From Opitutales bacterium (GTDB lineage Bacteria > Verrucomicrobiota > Verrucomicrobiia > Opitutales > UBA2987), in contig CBDDEL010000012.1 in NCBI GenBank assembly GCA_965226885.1, positions 288,001 through 352,000 of the forward strand: a stretch of DNA of 64,000 bases, read 5' to 3'. Under the pieces are notes generated by a model, which was not told the origin of the DNA, made no database searches, and saw nothing but the letters and a program-made list of their open reading frames with translations. Position numbers and translations under genes: made by a program. Below, piece by piece: positions 1-10,280 of this stretch; position 1 is the first letter of the stretch, and the number at the start of each line of letters is the position of its first letter.

Positions 1-532
1 CCTGTCCCATGCTTTCGTTATCGGCAGCGATTTCTTTAACCGTGGTGGCCACGTATTTGATCACGGAGCCGTAACCGGGGCAGTGGTCGGTGGCCACCAA
101 GTCGTTGTCGATCGTTTTGGGAATGCCGATTACGCGAAGGCCATAGCCCCGCTCAGCCGCCAATTTGGATATGCGGTCAGCCGTATCCTGGGAGTCATTG
201 CCGCCGATATAGAAAAAATAGCGAATGTTGTGGGCCTGGAAGACCGCCAGAACGCGATCGAAATCCAGCGCCTTCTTCAGCTTGAACCGGCATGTGCCCA
301 GGGCCGAAGCGGGCGTATAACGCAATCCTCTGATAGTCTGCTGCGATTCCTCCGCCAGATCGACCAGATCTTCCCTCAATATGCCAAGGATGCCGTTTAA
401 TCCACCGTAGATTTCCTCAATCTCCTCATGATTGAGCGCTTCCGTGATTACACCTGCCAAACTGGAGTTAATAACCGCGGTGGGTCCACCCGATTGTGCA
501 ATCAAACAATTACCTATTAGTTCTTCCGCCAT
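1..532 (-). CDS. 6-phosphofructokinase / PPi-dependent phosphofructokinase (5' part; runs off window)
   Basis: Manual translation from ATG at 532: MAEELIGNCLIAQSGGPTAVIN...FFYIGGNDSQDTA...IGIPKTIDNDL...DHCPGYGS, the PfkA-family motifs; not in ORF track because truncated. Confidence 0.92.
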   Translation of the reverse strand, partial: MAEELIGNCLIAQSGGPTAVINSSLAGVITEALNHEEIEEIYGGLNGILGILREDLVDLAEESQQTIRGLRYTPASALGTCRFKLKKALDFDRVLAVFQAHNIRYFFYIGGNDSQDTADRISKLAAERGYGLRVIGIPKTIDNDLVATDHCPGYGSVIKYVATTVKEIAADNESMGQ

Positions 533-634
533 TAGCTATGCTTTGTTTATTTAAATTCGAGCAGACACCAGAAATGCAAGGCGGCCATAAAGCAAATTCT
601 TTTTTTGTAAATATCGCCGTTCCCGTTCTCTTTT

Positions 635-2059
635 TTACAGAATATCCCCCGGAACATATTTTAAGGTTTCCGGAAAACGGGTTTTCCAGCAATCCAGCCG
701 GGAGATAAAGGCATCGACCTGGGACAGGGCTTGTCCAATGAGTTCATCTTCTTGACTGGCAATGACTTTCAATTTCTCAAGAGCAAGTCCCAGACGTCCA
801 TCCGAAGCCAGTCGGTCAATCAAATTATTCTCTTTGGCCTTGCCGGAACGCAGGTCTCTGACCACAGCCAGGGCATGCTCTTTAATCAGTCTATGCGCGG
901 TTTCCCTCCCCACCCCGTTCCGCACTGCCTCCGTTAGAATCGCCCCGCAGCTTAGGAAGGGTCCGTAGCGCTCATTTTCCCGCGCCATGGCCTCCGGGTA
1001 AATCTCCATGTTTTGCAGAACGGTGAGAAATGTTTCCAATAATCCGTCGATGACGAAAAAACTGTCCGGCAGGGCCACCCTCCGCACCACCGAGCAGGAG
1101 ACATCGCCCTCGTTCCACTGGCTGCCGCTTAGCTTGGCCGTCATGGCCAAATAGCCCTCCAGCAGAGCGCAAAATCCCACAATCCGCTCACAACTGCGGC
1201 AATTCACCTTATGGGGCATGGCGGTGGAGCCAACTTGTTCGCTGGCAAATCCTTCGCCGGCCAATTCCTGCCCCGCCATCAGCCTCAAGGTGGTGGCGAA
1301 TGCCCCCGGACCGGATGCCAGTTGGTAGAGAGAACTGACCACCTCGAAATCCAGACTACGCGGATATGTTTGGCCGGGCGCGGTTAATAATTTCTCAAAC
1401 CCAAGATGCTCTAAGACTTTGGCTTCCAGCTTTTCCACTTTGGCGGCATCGCCACCGAAAAAAGCGAGTTGGTCCGCCTGAGTCCCCACCGCCCCTTTCA
1501 GTCCCCGCGCCGGGTAATTTTCAATCAAATGGTCCAAACGATTCATTCCCAGCAGCAAATCTTCGCCGAACATAACCAGCCGTCGCCCATAGGTGGTCGA
1601 CTGGGCCGCCACATTGTGGGTCCGGGCCGTCAGGACCAGCCCTTTCCATTCCTCCGCCCGTCCGCAGAGCGCCATCAATGCCGAAACTGCTTTTTGCCGG
1701 ACTAGCTGCATGGCCTCCCGGATTTGCCACTGCTCCACATTTTCCGTCACATCGCGACTGGTCAATCCTCGATGGATATGCTCGTGCCCGGCCAGTGCGC
1801 AAAATTCCTCAATGCGGGCCTTGACGTCATGTTTAAGGAGCCGTTCTCGCCGCCGGATGCTTACCAGGTCGACCCGTTCAAGGACCGCTTCGCAAGCCTC
1901 GATAGCCTCCTGCGGTATATCCAGTCCGAGTTCTTTCTGGGCCTTCAACACGGCCAGCCAAAATTTCCGTTCCCTCACAATTTTGCCCGCCGGGGACCAT
2001 ATTGCGGCCATTTCCGGCGAGGCATAACGGGAAGCCAAAACATTGGGAATCTCTGTCAT
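635..2059 (-). CDS. purB: adenylosuccinate lyase
   Basis: LASRYAS N-terminus, HDVKA, GSTAMPHKVN fumarase/ASL signature. Confidence 0.95.
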   Translation of the reverse strand: MTEIPNVLASRYASPEMAAIWSPAGKIVRERKFWLAVLKAQKELGLDIPQEAIEACEAVLERVDLVSIRRRERLLKHDVKARIEEFCALAGHEHIHRGLTSRDVTENVEQWQIREAMQLVRQKAVSALMALCGRAEEWKGLVLTARTHNVAAQSTTYGRRLVMFGEDLLLGMNRLDHLIENYPARGLKGAVGTQADQLAFFGGDAAKVEKLEAKVLEHLGFEKLLTAPGQTYPRSLDFEVVSSLYQLASGPGAFATTLRLMAGQELAGEGFASEQVGSTAMPHKVNCRSCERIVGFCALLEGYLAMTAKLSGSQWNEGDVSCSVVRRVALPDSFFVIDGLLETFLTVLQNMEIYPEAMARENERYGPFLSCGAILTEAVRNGVGRETAHRLIKEHALAVVRDLRSGKAKENNLIDRLASDGRLGLALEKLKVIASQEDELIGQALSQVDAFISRLDCWKTRFPETLKYVPGDIL

Positions 2060-2240
2060 CGTTGCAATAGCAGTGGTTTATTGCCATACAAGCTATCCCC
2101 CGTCCAGCCTTAACAGCGGTTGGGCAATTCACGATGGATAGATTTCACATTAGGGTCGGATATCGGCAGGATTCCTGGAAGTATCTTTTCGGGCAAAGGT
2201 TGATTGATTGATTTTCGATTTTTGTCTACTGGTGCAAACC

Positions 2241-3233
2241 ATGAGAATAACGAATCACGGTTTAAACCTGGCCATTAGTTGCTCGCTTTTGGTGGCCGGT
2301 CTTGCCCTTGGAGCCGAAACTGAGAATGAAAATAAGGACGAATCCTTTCGTTTTTTCGCGTTTGGCGACATGCCTTATAACTCTGGGGACGAAGAAAAAA
2401 TGATGCGTTTGCTCGACGCCGCGGGGAAGGAGGATTTTCAATTTTTCGTTCATGTGGGGGATGTGAAATCGGGAACCAGTTTTTGTGACGATGCTGCCAT
2501 CCGGCACGCTTTCGATATTTTGCAGGCTCTTCCCGTTCCAGTAGTTTACTCACCGGGCGACAATGAATGGACGGACTGCCATCGCGAGTCCTGCGGCCAG
2601 TACGATCCTCTGGAGCGCTTGGACTTTCTCCGGGAGATCTTTTTTGGGGATAAGACCGCTCTCAAACTCAACCGGCTCAATGCCGTTCATTTGAGTGAGA
2701 GAAAGGAATTCGAGAAATATCCGGAGATTTACCGGTTCACCCGAAACGGCATTCTTTTTGTGGTTCTTCACATAGTTGGCAGCAATAACAACCGGACGCC
2801 GGAACGCCCTTCGACTCTGGCCGAATACGAGGAAAGAAACGCCGCCAATCTTTTCTTCTTAAAACAATCATTCCAGCTGGCCGAAAAAGACAACGTAAAT
2901 GGATTAGTTTTAATTCTTCACGCCAATCCCGGTTTGGAGAACACCGTGTGGAATGAAACCGGCAGTTGGCGGGAAGGCAGCGGTTTTCGAGATTTTTTAG
3001 AATCCTTATACGAACGGCTGGAAAATTTTCGCAAACCGGTCCTTTGCATTCATGGCGATTCGCATTATTTTCGGGTGGATAAACCGTTGTATTACAAAGG
3101 CTCCGGCAGGGTATTCGAGCATTTCACCCGAGCGGAAGTTTTTGGAGAACATAACATCCATGGAGTGGCCGTCACGGTCGATCCAAAGAGCCCCCAGGTC
3201 TTTTCCGTCGATCCTTTCATGTATCGGCCATAG
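2241..3233 (+). CDS. secreted calcineurin-like metallophosphoesterase
   Basis: Signal-peptide-like N-terminus; FGDMPY, HVGD, PGDNEW, HGDSH motifs; start uncertain (2208 or 2241). Confidence 0.85.
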   Translation: MRITNHGLNLAISCSLLVAGLALGAETENENKDESFRFFAFGDMPYNSGDEEKMMRLLDAAGKEDFQFFVHVGDVKSGTSFCDDAAIRHAFDILQALPVPVVYSPGDNEWTDCHRESCGQYDPLERLDFLREIFFGDKTALKLNRLNAVHLSERKEFEKYPEIYRFTRNGILFVVLHIVGSNNNRTPERPSTLAEYEERNAANLFFLKQSFQLAEKDNVNGLVLILHANPGLENTVWNETGSWREGSGFRDFLESLYERLENFRKPVLCIHGDSHYFRVDKPLYYKGSGRVFEHFTRAEVFGEHNIHGVAVTVDPKSPQVFSVDPFMYRP

Positions 3234-3460
3234 AATATTTCATCAAGCGTGGAGTCCGAATGGGATAAGGGTGCCTGTAAGCTTTTGAGGTTTGCTGCGA
3301 CTAGGTAGAGGCTGTCCCAAAAATATAAAGATTTTATAGTCAACTGGATGACGTTGATAAAAAGAGCCGGAAAGAGCAAGTTTTTGCTCGATCCGGCCAA
3401 AAACGGGTTCTATAAAAGGGTTCTATAATTGAGTTAGCGAAAATCAATATAGCCCTTTCT

Positions 3461-4966
3461 ATGAAAAATATAGCCATCCAATGCCTCCTGCGTCCAGCTT
3501 TAACTGTGGTCGACCGGTGCCTCGATTACGATAACTTCCGCGCCACCATTGATCGAATCGATCGGCTGCTGATCGACTCGGAGGTGGAATCGCAGGCCAT
3601 TGAGCTGGCCTTGGAGGGGTGGCCGCCAATGGGTCTAAAGGCCCGGCGGCAGCGGGCCAGTTTTGCCATCAAGGCACTGCGCATGGATACGCTGGGCCGT
3701 CTGCTCGGAGGGATTTCGTTTCGGCATTTGTCGCGGGCTCTGGGCAGCAGCGATCTGTTGGCCGACTTTTGCCGTGTCCGGCAGATCGATGGCATCAGGG
3801 GCATCTCCAAAAGCACCCTGGAGCGGGCCTCGAAGTTTTTCAGCGAAGAGCAGTTGAGGGCCTTGCACCGGACCTTGACTGAGGTGGTGGGCGATGCCCT
3901 TCTGGCCCGGCAGGTGGGATTGGACAAGCCGATTGACACCACCATTTGCCTGATCGACGGCACCTGTTTGGAGGCTAACATTCATTGGCCGACGGACTGG
4001 GTATTACTCAAGGATGTAGCCGGCACGTTGCTCAAAGCGATCCGGCTGATCCGCGAGAAGGCCGGTGTGCGCCATCGCATGCCGATCGAACCGGAGCCCT
4101 TGGCTCGGCAGATGAATCGGCTGTGCATACAGATGACCCACAGCCGGCGGCGAAAGGACAGCGCGCGGCAGCGCAAGGGTATCTTGAGGCAGATGAAAAA
4201 GCTGCTCAAACGGATCGGGGAGCATGCCCGCAGTCACCGGGAATTATTGCAAGCCTGCTGGGAGCAAAGCGATTACAGCGAAAAACAGGTCCAACAGATC
4301 CTCGCCCGGATGGAGCGCATGAGCGAGCAAATCCCGGTGGTCATCAAACAGGCGCACGAGCGGATCATTGGCGGCCGCCAGGTGAAAAACGCAGAGAAAG
4401 TCTTGAGTGTTTACGAACTCGATGTGCAGGTGATTGTGCGAGGTAAAGCGGGCCAAGAGGTCGAGTTCGGCAACACCCTGTTTTTGGGAGAAAGCGTTGA
4501 AGGGTACCTGCTGGACTGGAAACTCTACGGCAGCCGAACTCCAAGCGAAAATGAACAAATGCAAGAGAGTTTGCAAAGACAGAACCGCTTCAACCTGGAA
4601 GAACCCATAGCGGCCATGTGCGCGGACCGGGGATTTGCCTCCCAGCGGGCCCGCCGGCAGTTAGCCCAGGAGGGAATCTACGACGCGCTCTGTCCACGCG
4701 ATCCGAAGCAGTTGAAAAAACGGATGGAGGAACCACTGTTCAGGCAATTGCAAAAGCGCCGGGCCAGCACCGAAGGGCGGATCGGGGTATTGAAGAATCG
4801 CTGGCAGGCCGGGCGGTTGCGCAGCAAAGGCTTTGCCAACCGCTCGATCAGCGTAGCCTGGTCGGTACTCTCGCACAACCCCTGGTCGGTACTCTCGCAC
4901 AACCTATGGAAAGTAGCCAAGATGCTGGCCCAGCAAGACGAACTAAAAACCAAAGCGGCGGCCTAG
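3461..4966 (+). CDS. DDE transposase (IS5/ISNCY-like)
   Basis: IDGTCLEANIHWPTD, EKVLSVYE...RGKAGQEVEFG, ADRGF, RASTEGRIG motifs; carries an in-frame 8-aa duplication near the C-terminus. Confidence 0.88.
   Translation: MKNIAIQCLLRPALTVVDRCLDYDNFRATIDRIDRLLIDSEVESQAIELALEGWPPMGLKARRQRASFAIKALRMDTLGRLLGGISFRHLSRALGSSDLLADFCRVRQIDGIRGISKSTLERASKFFSEEQLRALHRTLTEVVGDALLARQVGLDKPIDTTICLIDGTCLEANIHWPTDWVLLKDVAGTLLKAIRLIREKAGVRHRMPIEPEPLARQMNRLCIQMTHSRRRKDSARQRKGILRQMKKLLKRIGEHARSHRELLQACWEQSDYSEKQVQQILARMERMSEQIPVVIKQAHERIIGGRQVKNAEKVLSVYELDVQVIVRGKAGQEVEFGNTLFLGESVEGYLLDWKLYGSRTPSENEQMQESLQRQNRFNLEEPIAAMCADRGFASQRARRQLAQEGIYDALCPRDPKQLKKRMEEPLFRQLQKRRASTEGRIGVLKNRWQAGRLRSKGFANRSISVAWSVLSHNPWSVLSHNLWKVAKMLAQQDELKTKAAA
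4857..4904. repeat. perfect 24-bp tandem duplication
   Basis: CCTGGTCGGTACTCTCGCACAACC x2, giving WSVLSHNP-WSVLSHNL. Confidence 0.95.
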
Positions 4967-5212
4967 AGAGCGGAAAAGCAAGGACAATACTTTTTCACAG
5001 CCGTACTGTCGGCTCATACAAAGAAACCCAGGCAACCGGACCCCAAAACCAGTATCCTAACGTCATAGGAGAGCAAAGTTGATACTCTCCCAAATGCAAA
5101 TACCTCTAAAATGAGCGCCTATCAAAAGCCCTCGCAGAAATCACCCTTTTGGGACAGCCTCTAGGTAAGCAAAAGAGTAATTCAAAAACCATAAAATAGG
5201 AATAAAATCACC

Positions 5213-5554
5213 ATGAGCGGCAATAACACGGTAAATGTGACTGAATCCACTTTCGGCGAGGAAGTTTTGCAATCGAGCAAGCCTGTGCTGGTCGATTTCT
5301 GGGCGGATTGGTGCGGCCCATGCAAAATGATCGCGCCGGTGCTTGAGGAAATTGCCGACGAACACCAAAACTCTGTCAAGATAGCCAAGGTTAATGTGGA
5401 TGAAAACCAAAATTTGGCCAATCAGTTCGGCATCAGCGCTATCCCCACAATGGTGATTTTTGAGGGTGGAAAGGTGACCGGCAAGATTGTCGGATTTTCC
5501 GGCAAAGAAGCACTCCTGAGCAAGCTGGGCCTGACCTCAGATGCTGCTAATTGA
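5213..5554 (+). CDS. trxA: thioredoxin
   Basis: VDFWADWCGPCK active site. Confidence 0.96.
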   Translation: MSGNNTVNVTESTFGEEVLQSSKPVLVDFWADWCGPCKMIAPVLEEIADEHQNSVKIAKVNVDENQNLANQFGISAIPTMVIFEGGKVTGKIVGFSGKEALLSKLGLTSDAAN

Positions 5555-5619
5555 TCGCGTAGGATCATGGAGAAGATTTGCCGCCAGAGATCGCAACAAC
5601 TTCAGGCTGAAGTTGTAGG

Positions 5620-6480
5620 TTAAATTGTCCGCAGCAATTTGTAAACCTGGACCAGTTCTTCCCGCGCCAGAGGGAGGACTTCGGCCATGTCGTAGTCGCT
5701 CAAACCGATATTTTCCAATACTTCCAGCGGCACTTTCAGGCTTGAATTGCCATTGCCACTCCCGTTCCGGGCTGTCGCGCAGGCCGCCGCGGATATGCTG
5801 GAGCGCAGCAGACAGGCCATCGGGGTGTGTTCGTTCGACGACGATTGCAAGGGATTTAGCTGGTATAGGACCGGCTGGGTCAGTTCGTTGGTAAAATCCC
5901 ATTTTGCAAGCACTTCACCTCCGATTTCGGCATGGTCGGTATCGAATATGTTTCTTTCCCATTGGGCCAATGATATATAATCCTTGTCCACTCCGTAATC
6001 GATTTCGCCTGAATAGACCTCCATAAATTGATTCAAAATCCATTTGCCCACCGAATGCACAAGACCGACCGTGTAGGCGGTATGGCCATCCATGGATGTA
6101 ATGCGGGCGAACCGTTCCATGATGATGGCCGTCAATACAGTGGTGCGCCAAATTTCCTCCGAGGTGAGAGGGTATGCGGACTTGCGGGAATTCATCATGT
6201 CCAGAATAGCAACGATGGCAGCCAGTTTATAGACTTCTCTGGAACCGAGAAGGGAAATAGCCTCCTCGATACTGTCAGTCGGGGTCGGCGTTCCGAAATA
6301 TGCGCTATTGCTCAAACGCATGACCGAGGTGGCCAGGGAGGAATCCACTTTTATAATCGAGGCAATGTCATTGAGGTCCGAATCTTCATCCGCAATGGCC
6401 TGCCGAAGCCGGGCCAGGACATGATGAGATGGGGGCACGGTATTGAACCTGCGTATAAAGTCTTTCAGTTCCTCCTTCAT
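5620..6480 (-). CDS. HDOD domain signalling protein
   Basis: DSSLATSVMRLSNSAYFG, SIEEAISLLG, GLVHSVGK, DHAEIGGEVLAKW pattern. Confidence 0.88.
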   Translation of the reverse strand: MKEELKDFIRRFNTVPPSHHVLARLRQAIADEDSDLNDIASIIKVDSSLATSVMRLSNSAYFGTPTPTDSIEEAISLLGSREVYKLAAIVAILDMMNSRKSAYPLTSEEIWRTTVLTAIIMERFARITSMDGHTAYTVGLVHSVGKWILNQFMEVYSGEIDYGVDKDYISLAQWERNIFDTDHAEIGGEVLAKWDFTNELTQPVLYQLNPLQSSSNEHTPMACLLRSSISAAACATARNGSGNGNSSLKVPLEVLENIGLSDYDMAEVLPLAREELVQVYKLLRTI

Positions 6481-6637
6481 TTAGGAGACTATATCGGCCT
6501 CTTGAGTCATCTCTAAAATAAATGAAATCCCATTCCATCTGTTTACGCGCAAACCAATTTCGAGCCTAAAATAATAAGGATCAAAGCATTAGGAATCCAT
6601 GAATGATCTGCTCTGCCGCCCCGGGAAATAATCAAGC

Positions 6638-6904
6638 TTAATTTGAATCTTTGCGGAATGATAATTCGGCCTCGGCGGCAAGGAATTTTTGCTCCCATTC
6701 ATCGTTGATATGATCGGTCTGTTGCAAGAGGTAGCGGGCCGCAAACTGCAAATCGGGCGGATATTCGATTCCTAAAAAATCGAGGATGGCAAGGGCGGTT
6801 TCCTCAAATTTCTCAACCAAATCCTCATAGACGACCTTGAAAGGCTCGATTCCTTTTTCAAGGAAAAACCGGTTCCAATATTTTTCGCTCTCGATCGCAA
6901 AATT
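6638..6904 (-). pseudogene. C-terminal fragment of a Stf0-family sulfotransferase, 5' part lost at IS1 end
   Basis: WNRFFLEKGIEPFKVVYEDLV...ILDFLGI...QQTDHINDEW resembles the Stf0 C-terminus; native sequence stops exactly at the IS1 left end (6905). Confidence 0.7.
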
Positions 6905-7706
6905 GGTAGTGTATAAAAAAAGAATGTTATTTTGTATTTTTAGCTGTACAAATAGCGTTAGGCAGTTTATTCTTAGTGCATGGTTACTAAAATTATTAAT
7001 TGTCGGCACTGTGGAAGTGAAAATATCATTAAATTTGGCAAGACGCCCAACCATAAACAGCGCTACCGCTGCCATGATTGTGGTAAACAAAGCCGCGAAA
7101 ACCCCACAGTGAAATACACCGAAGAGCAAAAAGAAATGATCCTTCGAGTCTATCAGGAACGCAGCAGTCTACGCGGTTTACAGCGCGCCTTCGGGGTGAG
7201 TCCCAACACCGTTTTGAGTTGGTTAAAAAAAACGACAATCGCTGCGACCGCTCAAAAGCACGATTCTTGCGGCCCGCCGCCATGATGTCATTGAACTGGA
7301 CGAACTGTGGTCTTTTGTGGGGCGCAAGAGCGATGCCCAATGGGTTTGGATCGCTCTTTGCCGACGCACCCGTCAAATCCTCTCCTATGCCATTGGGCCT
7401 CGGGATTGGTATCGTTGCCGGGAACTTTACGAGCGTCTGCCACGGGCCTACAAAAGATGTGCCACCTACAGCGACTTTTGGAGCACTTATGATGAAGTCT
7501 TTCCTCATAACCGATCCGTGGGAAAAGAAACCGGTGAAACGGCCCATGTGGAACGATGGAACAATACCCTGCGCCAACGACTGGGTCGTTTCACACGCAA
7601 AACCCTCTCCTTTTCCAAGCTTAAGAGTATGCATGAAACCTGTCTGAGACTTTTCATTCATCAATATAATCAAGAATTAGCCACCATTCCTACTTAATAC
7701 ACTACC
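6905..7706 (+). mobile_element. IS1-family insertion sequence, 802 bp
   Basis: Inverted ends GGTAGTGTAT (6905-6914) / ATACACTACC (7697-7706); InsA and InsB ORFs inside; no flanking direct repeat. Confidence 0.92.
6980..7697 (+). CDS. IS1 transposase InsA/InsB (two frames joined at an A8 run, 7225-7232)
   Basis: InsA zinc ribbon CRHC...CHDC plus HTH; InsB DVIELDELWSFVG...YSDFW...HVERWNNTLRQRL. Confidence 0.88.
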
Positions 7707-8740
7707 GATTTCCAGCCGGGGAAATCAGGTATGTCCGTCCCGTCGAAGACATCGTTTTGACCGGAATCGGTAACCGTCACCAAAAAAGAAGTCTCAGCGG
7801 AGAGATTGTGCGTATCGAAGGTGGCGACCGAGATTTCGGCTTGGCCCGTTTGACCGGAAATGAAGTCTAGGCGCAGTTCGCTACCCACAATCGAGACGGT
7901 GAGAAGGTTCTGGTTGTTGTTCGTGAGCTGGAAAGATAAAACCGCCGTCGAATTTTCCACCGTTGGATAAATGTTGATGCTTGAAACGGTAGTGAAAGTG
8001 ACAAAGAATTCCGCAGACAGGGCAACGCCGTTATTAAAATCTTCCACAGAAAAACCGGTCAAAGGCAGCTCGTCGAACGGCGAAGCAAAGGGGAAATCGA
8101 TCAGATTTGCGATCGCGTTGACTACGGTAATGCTGTTTCCGATGATCCGTCCAAAGACGGTAAATCCGCCATTCTGTTCGTCCAGGTTGGCGCTATTATC
8201 GCCCACACTAATAAACCACTGGCTGGTGGCGCTGTCTGGGTTCCCCCCTTGTTTGGCCATGGCGATGGTTCCGACAGTATTCGAGATGCCGGGCTCGTTG
8301 CTAATGGGATCAATCTCTCGAAAGGTATCCAGCAGAAATTCGCCTGTACCCTGAGTGTTGATAAAGCCACCGCTCTGGATGACAAAATTGGGCGGTGATC
8401 GGTGTATAATCGTATTATTGTAATCACCCGCGGTGACCAGATTCAAAAAATTGGCGACCGTTACGGGCCGGTTGTAAGGGGTGTTAGCGTCGAACAACTC
8501 CAGATTGATGATGCCCAAATTGGAGTTGAACTGAACGACTTGACCGAGGACGTTGGTCACCTGGAAGTGGTTCCGCAGGTCAATTGCCAGGGTCGTTGAG
8601 GTGTCGGGGTCAACGAAGTCCTCAATGTCGGTGATGACGGCCGGGCCGGTAAACTCATTGGGCAATGTAATGATTTGCGAAAAGATCTTCGGCAATGGAA
8701 AGGCTATTGCTAGGAATAAAAAAGTAAGGATTAGCTTCAT
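7694..8740 (-). CDS. secreted cyclophilin-type peptidyl-prolyl isomerase, C-terminally truncated by IS1
   Basis: Signal peptide; TVANFL...IHRSPPNFVIQSGG...GTIAMAK...SATSQWFI...FTVFG; last codons (VVY*) derive from the IS1 inverted repeat. Confidence 0.85.
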   Translation of the reverse strand: MKLILTFLFLAIAFPLPKIFSQIITLPNEFTGPAVITDIEDFVDPDTSTTLAIDLRNHFQVTNVLGQVVQFNSNLGIINLELFDANTPYNRPVTVANFLNLVTAGDYNNTIIHRSPPNFVIQSGGFINTQGTGEFLLDTFREIDPISNEPGISNTVGTIAMAKQGGNPDSATSQWFISVGDNSANLDEQNGGFTVFGRIIGNSITVVNAIANLIDFPFASPFDELPLTGFSVEDFNNGVALSAEFFVTFTTVSSINIYPTVENSTAVLSFQLTNNNQNLLTVSIVGSELRLDFISGQTGQAEISVATFDTHNLSAETSFLVTVTDSGQNDVFDGTDIPDFPGWKSVVY

Positions 8741-8768
8741 TTGGGGTTTTAGCAGCTTCTAAATAAGA

Positions 8769-10280
8769 TTAAGTATAAAGGGGAAGGTAACGTTCCTTGA
8801 GGTATCGGATGAGCCCCTCGGGAGAGAGTTCCTGACCGGTAATCTTGCGGGTTAGTTCCAGGGTATTGTATTGGCGGCCCCGGTAGTGGACATTTTCCCG
8901 CAGCCATTCTAAAAGCCGGCCGAACTCGCCCCTGGCAAAATCTTCCTCAATATCCGGGTAAACTTCCTTAATCCGATGCCAGAGCTGGGCCGCGATCATG
9001 TTGCCAAGGCAATAGCTGGGAAAATACCCGAAAGCGCCACCCGACCAATGGACATCCTGGAGACAGCCTTTGGACATGGTTTTGGGCCTTATGCCGATGA
9101 TTTCTTCCGATGCATTGTTCCAGGCCTCCGGCAGTTCTGCCACCGCCAATTCTCCGCTAAAGAATTTTTTCTCCAACTCAAAACGCAGGATTATGTGCAA
9201 ATTGTAGGTCACTTCATCGGAATCGACCCGAATCGGTATGATGCTCACGGCGTTGATGGCCATGAACAGTTCCTGACTGGAAACATCGGCCAATTGGGCG
9301 GGAAAAGTTTTCCTCAAAACCGGCTCCCAATATTGCCAGAAAGCCTGGCTTCGGCCCACCTGGTTTTCCCACAAACGGCTCTGGGATTCATGCATGGCCA
9401 TGCCCACAGCCTCGCTCAAGCCTGTCCCCAGATGCTCCAGGGGCAAACCCTGCTCATAAAGCCCGTGGCCGGTCTCGTGGATGGCGCTGAATAGGGAATT
9501 GAGGGGGTTGTCGATTTCGTAACGGGTCGTCATGCGTGTATCGGCCCCGTTGCCGGAGCAAAAGGGGTGCACGGAGGTGTCGATGCGCCCGCGGCTGAAA
9601 TCGAAACCGAGTTTGGTCGATATCTGTTTTAACATTTTTTCCTGACCCTCCCGGGAGAATCCTTTGAAAATGGAAGTATCCGGCTTGACCGGGGAATCGA
9701 CAATCCGCTTCACCAATGGCAAAAGATCGATTTTAAGGGAACCGAAGATTTTTTCGACAAAATCGGCCGTCAACCCCGGATCGTGTTTGTCGATATGGTA
9801 ATCGTAAGCCGTTTCCTCTTTGTAGCCGACCCGTTCCGCTTCCACTTTGGCCATTTCCACCTGTTTTTGCAGAAAGGGAGCGAAAAGCTCAAAATCACCT
9901 TTTTGCCTGGCCTCGGCCCAGGCGTGGAAAGCCCGGCTGTTGAGCGCGGATTGCCGGGCCACGAAGGCGGGAGAAAGCTTTACCGCCCGGTCGTAATTAC
10001 GGCGGGCTTCCCGTATAACGGTCAGTTTTTCAATGCCATCGTCATCGACACCTCCGTTCAGGTCCGCTTCCAATTCATCCAGCCAATGGGCCAGCCGCTC
10101 ATGGGTGCACTCACGGTGGACAATTTCCGACAAGGCGGCCATCTCCTCGGCCCGGCGCTCGCTGCTACCCGGCGGCAAGTTGACCTGTTCATCCCATTCC
10201 AGCAATTCGAGAGCCGTTTTGAGCCGATTTATGCGCTGCAAGTCGGAGATCAAATCCTCATAAGCAGTAGTAGGTATCAT
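8769..10280 (-). CDS. carboxypeptidase Taq (peptidase M32)
   Basis: HPF, IHETGHGLYEQG, HESQSRLWEN, GCLQDVHW, GYFPSYCLG motifs. Confidence 0.95.
   Translation of the reverse strand: MIPTTAYEDLISDLQRINRLKTALELLEWDEQVNLPPGSSERRAEEMAALSEIVHRECTHERLAHWLDELEADLNGGVDDDGIEKLTVIREARRNYDRAVKLSPAFVARQSALNSRAFHAWAEARQKGDFELFAPFLQKQVEMAKVEAERVGYKEETAYDYHIDKHDPGLTADFVEKIFGSLKIDLLPLVKRIVDSPVKPDTSIFKGFSREGQEKMLKQISTKLGFDFSRGRIDTSVHPFCSGNGADTRMTTRYEIDNPLNSLFSAIHETGHGLYEQGLPLEHLGTGLSEAVGMAMHESQSRLWENQVGRSQAFWQYWEPVLRKTFPAQLADVSSQELFMAINAVSIIPIRVDSDEVTYNLHIILRFELEKKFFSGELAVAELPEAWNNASEEIIGIRPKTMSKGCLQDVHWSGGAFGYFPSYCLGNMIAAQLWHRIKEVYPDIEEDFARGEFGRLLEWLRENVHYRGRQYNTLELTRKITGQELSPEGLIRYLKERYLPLYT

Larger units (their letters stand above)
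3308..5161 (+). mobile_element. IS5-like (DDE) insertion sequence, 1854 bp
   Basis: Perfect terminal inverted repeats GAGGCTGTCCCAAAA (3308-3322) / TTTTGGGACAGCCTC (5147-5161); 6-bp direct repeat TAGGTA at 3302-3307 and 5162-5167. Confidence 0.92.

Noticed and set aside
3405..3428. GGGTTCTATAA repeated at 13-bp spacing in the IS left end as a sixth micro-duplication
   Set aside because: Not a perfect head-to-tail unit and non-coding; could be native IS sequence; cannot decide without another copy
6905..7129. Hydrophobic N-terminal half of ORF 6638-7129 as a real membrane protein
   Set aside because: It is the antisense of IS1 sequence fused by chance to the sulfotransferase remnant
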